From the NCBI GenBank assembly GCA_042568575.1, contig JBHPIO010000006.1:1-64000 (forward strand): a DNA stretch of 64,000 nt, written 5' to 3'. Source of the stretch: Patescibacteria group bacterium. Lineage in GTDB: Bacteria; Patescibacteriota; Gracilibacteria; UBA1369; PNNO01. Made by a program: the position numbers and the translations under genes. The notes under the pieces were generated by a model. That model ran no database searches. It saw only the letters and a program-made list of their open reading frames with translations, and was not told the DNA's origin. Below, piece after piece: positions 40,401-52,400 of the stretch; position 1 is the first letter of the stretch; the number at the start of each line of letters is the position of its first letter.

Positions 40401-43400
40401 TTGATAGCGAAGATGCGAATCCAAACAGTATTGATGCTGATGGAGATGGTGTACCGGATGGAGCCGAGGCAACATCTGTAATTCAATTAACATTCCAAGA
40501 TGGAGCAAGCACTGTTCCTTTTGATTCAACAGATAGTTACACAGTTACGGCAACTGCACTTGATGCATTTGGAGATAGAGTTCTAACAGATTCATTTACT
40601 CAGGTAGCATTTGATATTGTTCAGCCAGAAATTGGACAACGTGCAGAGTTAGCAGGCGCAGACACTTTAAACCTTGTCGCAGGACAAGCAGTCTTCTCAA
40701 TAAGGCCTACGGGCACTCCTGGAGACTTCTCGCTTATAGGACATACTACAAACAGACCAACAACTATAGTTTCGAATACACTGGTGATAACAAGCGACGA
40801 AAAGAGCGTTCGTATATTAACTTACAAAATGGAAGTAGTTGAGCCGCCTACATATACTCAAGAGGTTCTACAAAATTATATTGTTAAAGATGAGAATGGA
40901 AACGATATTGCTGAAATTGATTCGGACACAGGAAAGATTATGATTAAAGATAGTGCGTACGAGACAGAAGTATTCGAGTCTCTACCTTCGAGGCCAATGA
41001 GAATAGGGATTATTGAGATTCAATCAGGAAACATTATTGCCAGCGTTGTGATTATTTCAAATGAGATCGCAACACCTGAGATCCATGAAAGTTCGTATAG
41101 TTTTGAAGACAATGCACTGCAGCTTGAAGGACTTCATGTAAAAGATGTAAGCAACAGCCCTTATATTCAAGCATATGCACAGGAGAGTACTGGCGATTCC
41201 CCTGCTCCGGTTTATATTCTTGAAAACAGTGGAATCTTTTCTAAACGAATTGCGAAGCTAACTCCGGAAGGAAAAGTATTTGTTGCAGATGAATATTTCA
41301 TTCAAATAAAAAACGGAAACGATACTAAAGCGCCTTATATTTTTGAGATAGTAGATTCTAATGGCGCAAAGCTTATTGAGTTTTATATCGGATATGGCCA
41401 GGGCAGCCTTGAAATCCTTGAGGAAACAGATCAGCTCGAAGAGTTCAATCTGATTAGTTCGGCAATTAAATACTTATTTCCGAAAGCGTTTGCCCAAAGC
41501 AGCCTTACAGATGATACAGACAATGATGGCCTAACTGATATCGAAGAACTCTTTATCGGAACTGACCGTATTATTTCTGATAGTGACGCTGATGGATTTG
41601 ATGATGGTGAGGAAATCCAGGCAGGTTACGACCCAATAAGGAAAGATGCAGAGCTATTTACTGATCTTCCAAAAGATCATCCAGCGCACGATGCATTTAT
41701 GCAGCTACTGCTTAGAGGAACTATTTCACGAACTGATGACGGGAAGATTAGACCAGATGATTTAATTACACGTGAAGAGTACGTTCAAATGGTACTTGGA
41801 ATTACTTGTGTTAATTGCTGGTCGTTCTCGGATCAAACAAAACAGAATGTTCAAAATACTTATAATTCGAGTCCATTCCCGGATACAGATATTTCAGAAA
41901 CATATTTATACTGTGTTGAAGAGTCAAAGAATCAGGGAATTGTTAGCGGATATGCAGAAGGTGCAGATGCTGGGTACTTTAAGCCTACATATGAGATAAG
42001 CCGTGCGGAAGCAATTAAGGTTATTCTTGAAGCGGCTGAACTAGACAGCTCGACATATTACGATGCTAGCAAACCGTGGTACTACCATTACGCATTAAAG
42101 GCTCAGGAAGAAAATATTTTCCCTGAACAAACAAGCGAGCAACTACTTGCAGTCACTTATGCTTCAACGGATGACTTTAAAGTGTGGGTGGACAATCAAC
42201 TATTAACGACAAACAATTTCTTCGAACAATGGATGATGGCGTCTGTAACGAGATCTGAATTTGCATTAATGGTTCGAAATGTAGTTGAAACATTCGATTG
42301 CTACAACGAAGACAAAGATGGCGATGGCCTTCCAGATAATCTTGAGTTGTATCAATACAATACTGCAGCAGACAATCCGGATACTGACGGCGGTGGTCTT
42401 GATGACTTATCCGAAGTTCTTGAAGGAAAAGATCCTTTTAATCCTGATGACGATTTAATTTACGATAGCGACAAGGACGGCATGACAGATGAGTGGGAAG
42501 AAACTTACGAACTTGATCCTTTTGATCCTGCAGATGCATATTTTGATGACGACTTGGATGGCTTAATTAATCTGCATGAATACGAACGTGACACAAATCC
42601 ACTTGATCCAGATACTGACGATGGAGGCATTTCCGATGGCGACGAAGTGTGGCTACAGTCTACTGATCCTTTAGATGGATCTGACGACATTGGAGATTTC
42701 TTACTTGAAGCAGGTGTCTATGCAGTAGGAGCAAACATAGAAAGGGATGTTGTTTTTGAGACTATAGTCGCAGGCGAGGAAGAAGAAGTTCCTGTCTATA
42801 TCGACAATATGCCGGCAGACGGAGAGTCAACTTTATTTCTTACGGCAGAGATTGTTGATGGCAATGGCGACATTATTACAAGTGACAACAGTAGCGTAGT
42901 TGAATTTATTATTCGATCTACGTCGACAACTAATTCAGAAATTGAACAGACAAAGGTTCGAGTAAATGAAGGTGTTGCTATTACGCAAGTTACTTCAAAC
43001 ATTAAAGCAGGACTTGTGGACATTGATGCAAGAATTCTCAACAATGAGCATCCCGTTGAAATCCACAATGTCTATATTGAACCTCTTGAGCCAGTTGAGA
43101 TGGAGGTTGTTGCGGCTTCACCTGTAATCAAGACAGGTGGACTTTCTAAGACACCTCTTGCAATTAGTCTATATGACGAACATGGAAACATAACTAACAA
43201 TGACTTCTTTGAAGTTACAGTAAAGACAGAGGGGCCTGGTGAACTTGATAAGTCTGTGGACACAAACCCAGATCAAGAAGGAATCCAGTTGCAATCATAT
43301 GAAGGCGTGTTTAATGTCGACCTTTATTCAACCGATGTTGAAGGAGAGGTTGATGTAACTGCTAGTCTCGCGAAAGATGTTGAAAACTATGAAACAGAGG

Positions 43401-46400
43401 AGATCACTGTTACGTCTTTATCGTTAACAGCTAATGCAACTGTCTCGACAAGGGAAGATATCGCTATTGTGTTTGAGGCTGATAAAGATTTTGTTGTGGC
43501 AAATGGAGAAGACATTATAACTCTTCGAGCACAGGCAGTTGATAGTAGCGGAGATCCTATTGAAGGATTCAATCAACAAATCGTATTTAAAACTTCTAAT
43601 GATTCTGCTGGTGGGTTTATTGACGAGACAGTTCAAAATCTTATTGATGGAGACTCGCAAATTAGATTTATGTCGTCAACGAAAGTTGGACCACTAGAGA
43701 TATCAGCAACAGCTTCTGGGGTTGATCCTGGTTCTGCTGTAATTCCAATGTTGGCAGGTGACGCATATGAAGTTCGTCTAATTCCAGACGAAGCAACTTT
43801 TGATGCATCACCTCTTAACAATGTAAGAGTTGAAGCGAGCGTTTACGACAAGTATGGAAATTTTGTCGACTATGAGGATACTATCCAGATTAGCTTCAGA
43901 GTTACTCAGGCTACAGAAAAGTATGCCGAAGTTGTAAGTGACGAGATTGTTGTGACAGATAATGGAACTGCAGAGGTATTCCTGTCTGGAAAGAAAATTT
44001 CCGGACCAGTGAATTTAGTTGCCTCAGCAGATGGATTAATTTCTGGAACCTTAAAACTTGAAACAGTCAGCAAAGTTACTGGCGAGGATCTTGTTGGAGA
44101 TTATCCAGAAGTACTTTATGCAACAATGCTTGGAGGACCATTCGGAGACACTCAGAATAAAAACCATATCGGTGGAGAGTTATTGTTTGCAGGAAAAACA
44201 CAGGCAGTGACATCGACAACAACACATCCAAAACCACCTAAGCCGCTGATACATGTGCAAACAAGTGGAGGCATAGACATCTTAGATGAGGCTCAAGTGT
44301 CCACAGAGTTTATTGCAGCTAATGGAAACTTCACGCCTAACAGAGTACTTATTCAGGACCCTGACTTCCAGGAGAACCTTGCGGAAGTGTACTTTGTCTA
44401 TCCATCGGATATGTCCATGGTTCATCAAAAGAATTCGTACAACGAGATACTTCAAGAAGGAATTTTTGTTAAACAAATAACTGATAGTGAAGAATACGAT
44501 GTTGCTTTGAAACTGGATTCGATTAGCATAACTCACAATGGAATCGAGGCGGTTACTATTAATAACACTGGAAACCTACAACTACATGACAACCTGATAG
44601 ACATTTCTATCAATGATGCGGACTCCCCTTTCCTTGCTTTATCAATTAAGCGTGGGGACGAAACGATTGCAGATGTTGTGTTTGCTCAAAACCTTAATGC
44701 AGATGTGCAGATAGTTGATGCTGATTTCGAATTCCAAGTTGGATACCCTTATCAGCCTGGAATTTATATTAAACCTCTAACAAGGCTTCCGCAGTATGAA
44801 GTGGAGCCGGCGTACTCAGGTTATTCGACTCATCTTCCGAAGGGAGCCCAGATTGTTAATACTGATCTTGAGATACCTCAGGAGCAGGCTCCTGGTTTCT
44901 CTTACTCTTCATTTGCAAAAGCACTTGATGAACAGGGAGTAGGATTTGATGGTGATAATAAGCACGGACTATTCTTCGCAGGAGGAAATAACGTTGGAGT
45001 TTCTAACGAACCATACTCATCTGAAATTGGAATTAACCTTGGAGACCCAACAGTTCGAATTCAAAACGAAGATCTTGCAGGCGTTTCTGGATACACTAAA
45101 GACATTGGACAACCGCTTTTCTACGGTGACGAGCCAGTACAAGAAATCATGCTTGCAGACTACAATAACGACACCCTTGAAGACATCTTATTAGCATATG
45201 AAAGTGGCGAAATAAGACTTTTACAAAACCAGCTTTCAGCAGATCAATTCAACAATAAAGGGCTACTTCTAAACATTGCGAATGGAATTTACAGTGCCGG
45301 AAGTGGCGACTTTAACAACGATGGTTATGACGACATCGTCGTAGCTACAAAAGAAAGTTGTGTTGGCAAGGAGGTTTGTATAGATCTATATGTTAATAAC
45401 GGTGGACAGTTCGATCGAATAAATCTCGACCTTGATCTAGAAGATAAAATATCAGACCTGGAGGTTGGCGACATGAACAATGACGACTTTGCAGACATTG
45501 TGATTGCAGACTTCTCAGGAAACATAAAAGTTTACTACAACAATTTTGGTGAGATAGATCCTGAAGGACAAATTTTAGACAATCTAGGAATCAGCGTAGA
45601 CAAGAACGCAGACCTCAAACATGAAGTACTAATTAGATATTTTGGAATGATTCAGGAAGACCCTGATTCTTACGAAGACGACTTTAATTACAAAGCGCTT
45701 GAGCTTCGAACAGGAGCCCCAGAAGCTAATCCACATATTAGCGCATCCGACCAAGCAGCACTTGAAGAGCTTGGTGCAAACGAAGAAGATTTCGCAACTG
45801 CAGAAACTCTTATGTTCATATACATGGATTCTGATCCTGTATTTGGAACTGCAGATTCAAGCAAGAAGGCAGTGGATGTAAACGGTTCAACATTAACAAT
45901 GGAAGATAAGGTCGTTTACACAATCACTCTATCCAACACAACTGCAGCCGATATTGAGGATGTCATGATTAACGACATCATGCCGGACATGTTTGATTTT
46001 GATCCTGAAAGCATAAGCTGTCTAAACTGCGGAGATGATGAAATAGAAGTAATAGAATCTGGATTAAGCCTAAGACCATTCGTGGTTAGTGGGATTAATA
46101 TCCCTGCCGGCGAATCAAGAATTATCACATATGAGATTGAAACTATTTCCGTTCCAAACGTTTCGATTGAATTAAATAAAAATTATGACCAACCGTTTAT
46201 TCAAGATTCATATTTTGATATAAGTGCTAATCCTGAAGGTAACAATTCAGGCAAACTCGTATTCTTCTATTCAGTAAGCCAAGACACAGAAACAGGAAGA
46301 ATGTCTTATGCAACACATGTTGCAGAAGCTGAAGCTGGAGAACCTATACAAGGTCCCGATATCGAGATCCCACCAGACGACGACGATGACGGTTTCCCTG

Positions 46401-49400
46401 ACGATGCGCCTGACGATCTTAAAGACGTGCATGACAACCTTACGAAAGAAGATGAAGATGGTGACGGCATTCCAAATAGCTGGGATGAAGTGAGCGGAGC
46501 AATCGATGCAGTTAGCGACAAAGTAATTGATGTGCTTGGAGAAATGTCATGTGGTGGTGGAAGCGGTGGCCTTCCTATCCCAATAAACTTTGCATTTTTC
46601 GCACCTGGACCAATAAACGCAATGGGAATACCAGTTGGAACCGATCCTGGACTTCCTGTATTTGGATGGGGGGCGCCTTCAACAATTCCTATATGGCCGC
46701 CGACACCGTACCAATCTACAACCGGAGGAAGACTTTACATAGTTCCTACATTAACTGGCAAACTTGCGACAGCAGTGTGTCTCGGCCCATACATGGGCGG
46801 ATCTTGCTGGGCATTTGTAATTCCAGACATCCCAGGCTTCCCACCTTCATCTGGCGGCGGCGTTGCCGATACAGAAAGCTACTGTGAAGTCATTACAGAG
46901 TCCTCTGCGAGCTCAATGATAAAAGCAGCTAACTTTGTAAGCTCACCAAGTTCAGGCAGTGTATTGATCAATGGACAAGGTCTTACGTCATCGAACATTC
47001 CTCAAGATAGTGATATAGGTCATTCTTTAAGACCTGAGAACGGTGGACTCACTGGAAGCTCATCTCTCGGAAGCTACAGCGTGAACATATCAGCGAAAAC
47101 TAATGTTAAGATACCTGGATTCGTAAATGTAATCACAGCATGGTTTGCAAAACAGCAGGAAGAAGTTGTTACAAAGCTTTCAGACCTTCCTGATTTGTAT
47201 GTTCTATATCCAAATCCAGAGTCTATTGTTAATCCTATACCGCCAGAACCAAAATTCAAAAACTTCACCGATGTTCTTACATACGTAAACAAATTACCAC
47301 TTGTAGATCTTGAATCTCGTTCAGTAGTCATTAAAATTCCGGCAATCAGTCAAAGTGAAATTAAAAAGATGCAAAATGAATTAAAGAATTGGGTAGTTGC
47401 AGCAAAGGCTGAACTTAAACGCGCTAAAGCAGTATGGGAATGTGATAAGAAATCAGGACAGAAAACGATCTGCGACAAACTTGTTGTGGATGTTGGCGGA
47501 CTAATTCAAAAAGTTGAGAAAAATATCAAAAGACTTGAAGAATACAAAAAACTCCCACGAAAGATTCTTGAATGGAGGAATGTACACATGAAGTACATTT
47601 ACCAAGTAATCTGTTATCTTGATACGATAATTCAATACATGGGTGGATACATCAAGAAGCAGGAAGTTCGAATAAAAGAATGGATTGATCTGGTTAAGCA
47701 AATTAGGGAGACGCTTAAGTCGTGGAGTATGGCCGCCAATCTTATGGTCGACTACATGAAGTGTGATTCGTGTAAGACGGAAAGAAACTCACTCATATCG
47801 CTTCTAATGAACTTTATGGTGGTTATTCCAGAGCTGCCTGTCATACCGATGCCAAAATGGCCTGACTTCTATTTTGACTTCTCACAGATTAAGCTCGGGT
47901 TAAAAATCATTTGGCCAGATGTGAAGTTTAAAGCAGAGCAAGTAATCTTTCCAAGCATTCCAACGCTTACAATTCCGGATGTGCCAACTTTAACGGTTAA
48001 GTTAGATCTAGAAATACCAGAATTACCAGCACTTCCTCAATTGCCAGAACTGCCGGATTTACCTCCGTTACCTCTGCCAACATTACCGGATATACCAAAA
48101 CCACCAAAGATTCCAAATATCCTTTCACCGCTCAAAATAACACTTGGCGCGATGTCAAAGATTGTTAAAATACTTTGTTTACTTAAAAAAGGACTAATCC
48201 CTGTGAATGAGTCATATCTAAAAACTCATATTGAATCGTTAACTGCACGTCCTCTTAAAGCGACTTTGCCTTTGGACTTCATATTCAAGTTCCAAACACC
48301 AAACATAAGTATACCGTTTGTTGAAAAGATTAAAGTAACTACAAAAGTTGACTTCAGCCTCGAGACTGAACAAATCTACAATGCTGCAAATGATGTAGCG
48401 AAGGTATGGAACAGTTTAGCCACAGATCTTGTTGAGGCAACAAATAAAGGAATAGACATTGTTGAGGATGCAGCTGGTTCGCTAGCAAATCCAGAGATAC
48501 CGCAAGGAAGCATCAACTTAGACTTATCAACATATCTTCAAGAAGAGGTCGACAGTACGTACGCTCTTCTTATTGAACAATCCGAGAAACAGCAAGAGTA
48601 TATTGATTCACTTCCTGATTCATATCATCTAGTCGCAGAGCAAACTTATGTAAGCCCAGATCATTCGAGTCTTCATCAAGACATCGATGAAATCAAAGCG
48701 CGTATTGCAAGCGAGGACTTACCAGAGTCAGTTCAACAAAATAATTTAACAGCACTTCGAAATGCAATGGTTGCATTTGTTGACGATGAAAACAGCAAAG
48801 CAAGCATTGTTGAACAAAGCGAAAGCTACGATAACATTGTCTACTTAGCAAACAATTATCCTTCTCTAAGTGACTACGTTAACAAGGACGTTCTTGTAGC
48901 AAGCACAGATCCAACTCCTCTTCCTTCTGTTGAAAGCGAAGAAGTACAAGGATTTAGTGAAGTAGAAGAAATGGCGAGACTAATTGCAATCAATACTGAT
49001 GCCGTATCATCTAATCTTGTTGATCCTGATGAAGCAATGAATCCATCTATTGGACAATTTGTGGAGGGGCTATTTGTCTACAATGCAGACACTTCAATAA
49101 ACGAAAAAATACTAATGTACAAAGGCGAGCAAGATCTTGAGCACAATGGAGCATTTATGGACATAGACGAAGACAACGACGAAGACATCATTTACTCGTA
49201 TGGTGGCAATGTCTATCTAAAAGAAAACTACACAAACCCGAAATCGAGTAAATACTCAAAATACAGCGCCAAGAGTCCTGACGTTTATAACTTATCAGAA
49301 TTTGCACCATTCAGTCCGTCTGTTAACGGATATGAAACTAATTATGAATCTGGCACAGAAACAGACTTTGACTGGACAGCAGACTACTCGTCTCAAACTG

Positions 49401-52400
49401 CCGGCTACGAAATTGTCTACAAAGATAGCTTACAAGATTTTGATAAGCCATATGCAACACCATCGCATAAAATTAATATCTTCGAGAAACCTGAAACATT
49501 CACAACAATCGGACGAGTACGCGAAGACATTGAAATAACAGTAATCGAAGGAACATTTACAGTAAACGACGAAACTACTTCGTTATACACATTTGGCGAC
49601 ACAATAGAAACCGGCGGCGAATCAAATACTCAAGTTATTATTACATTCTCTGATAGTAGTCAGATAGTTCTTGGAGCCAACACTTCAATAACTTTGCCGG
49701 AATATGTTCCTGGCAACTTAACAGTAACAGTTCACAAAGGAAACCCTGTATTCAGAAGTAACTTCTTCACAAACCTATTCCTGCAAGAAGGATCTGGCGT
49801 TGTAACAGAAGATGGAGAGGCTACTCTTGAATATAAAAATGGCGACAAAGTGACAGTACAACCAGACACCGTATTCTTCGGTTCATTCACCGAAGAAGGA
49901 TACGCATACATTGAACAAGCAGATGGAGATGCAGTAATCACAGCAATCCCAAGAACAATTGTCGACCAATTCTCATCAACACAGATTGTCCAGACAGGAC
50001 AAGTTATTCACACAATGGAAGATTCAACTCTTGTCATCAGACCTGAAGAAGAAAGCAGGCAAATCCTTGAGTTAAGTGCAAACACAATACTGCCAATTCC
50101 TCAAAGTTATGCATCAAGTCTTGAACTAAATGTCATGACAGGAAAGGTAGAAATAATGACACCAAACACTGACCGTATCGAGAATATTCCACTTGAGAAA
50201 GGCATGTTCGTACAATTCGAAGACAAAATCTCAGTATCTAGCGGACAGGTTATTGTTAAATATTCGTTCGGTCCTCAGACATATTTAAATACAGGAGACA
50301 CATTAACTCTTAAAGAATTAATAGATCCAGACAATCCGTTCTTCACATTAGACACTGGTGTCGAGAACTATTACTCACAAACATATACATTCAATAATAG
50401 TGGATACAGAAGCAACCCTTCCGAAGTTGAATTATTCGCTCCACAACTTTGCTCAGACAAAGATGTGCCATTCGCAGAAGCAGGTCCATCATCAAAGCAG
50501 GTAATTATATTCCAGGAACTTGAAATAGATGCTTCAAAATCGTTCGATACATCAGGCGAAATAGTCGGATACTATCTGGATACAGATCCTTCCGAAGATT
50601 CGGATGGTGATGATGATCCTGAAAATGATGTTGATATAGCAAACCAGGATCCTCTTGATCCAGTGTTTAAACTTGGACCTTTTGAAGAAACAGGAACTAA
50701 GCAGGTTGTGCTAAATGTTGTTGATGAATCAGAAAACATTGGTAAGCAAATCATAGACATTGAAATTATTGTTCCTCAAATTACATTAAACAAATCATCT
50801 GATCATGAAGAAGAAGTCACTGGATACATTGATCCTGCGGCAGAAGGCATCCCAATTCACCTTGTAAGAAACAGGGATGGAGTAATCAAACAAATTATAT
50901 CTGAATCCGCGGATGAGTTCGGACAATACTTCACTGATGAAAATGGAGAGTTTATAATTGCAGATCTTGAATATGAAGACACAATCCTATTACGAAACTC
51001 AGATGGCAACATAATTGCAGAAATTGACGACACAACTGGACGCATCGTAATTGTCGACAACAGGTACTATGTAGACGTCCTCGAGGCAACACCACCAAAC
51101 CTACCGACACGAGTAGTAGTCAAAGAAAAAGCAACAGACATCATAATGTTGACACTCCTAATGATCCCCGATTTAAACACAGATGTAAGCATTGACCAGA
51201 CAGACACTGTCTACACAACTGAGACAATCACAGACTACGAAGGTGTCCATCTAAAAGATACAAACAATATCGACACTTTTGAAATCACGCCTCTACCTGC
51301 ATCCGATCCAAACTTCACAGGTGCAGCAGAAATCCGTGAGACAACAACTGACTCAAGAATCTCAATTGTCGACTCAGGTGGAAATATCTACTTTTTTAAC
51401 GAACATCTTGACTTAAGACTTAAACAAGCAGCAACTCCTGACGAGCCAATCCTAATAGAAATGCTCTACGACACTAATGTTATTTCGGAAATTTATATAG
51501 CCGTTAATAACGGTCGACTTGCGGAAATCACAAACAGAAAAGCACTAAACATGCCTCCAGAAAGCGACATTGTTTCTGACCAGGATAAAGATGGTATGCC
51601 TGACTGGTTCGAATTCAAATATGGATTTGATGCACAAAACCCTGGAGATGCCTCTGGAGATGCAGATGGAGATGGACTATCTAACCTTGAAGAATCGAGG
51701 CTTGGAACTAATCCACTTGATCCAGACAGTGACGGCGACGGCTTTACCGATAGCGAAGAAGTCGCTTACGGCAAAGATCCAACAGAAAAAGCTTCATCAC
51801 CGTTTGTTGATGTATCTGCGGAGCATCCATATTACGACAGCATAGTGAACCTATCGCAAAGAAATATCCTAAGAGGAACATTGCAAGACGGAGACCTGTA
51901 CTTCAACCCGGATTCATTTATTGCAAGGCAAGACTTTACAGATATCATCCTAAAAATGCTTTGTATTGTTCCAAGATCAGAAAGCTACAAAGAGCCTCCC
52001 TTATTCTCGGATATGCCATTCACGCAGGCAACAGAGCTCGGCCAAGACTACTACTACCCAGTAGTAAAAGAAGCAGTCCTCCAAGGCTTCATCACAGGTT
52101 ACATCGGCGAAGTAGACGAAGAACTTGGCCTCGCTCCATTCAAACCACTAAACACAATCTCACGTGCAGAAGCCGCAAAGATCGTGCTAGAAGCACTTGA
52201 ACACCAAAAAATCATAACTCTTAGAGACGTACAACAGGCAGAAGACGAAGCGTGGTACGAACCTTACATGAGGCTCGCTACAGACATAACACCAACACTA
52301 CTTGAAGAAAGCGCAGTGAAACAAACATATATCCTAACACCAGAAGAAGCTGCAGATCCGAACGCATCAATAACTCGTGCGGAATTCGTTGCCCTTGCAG

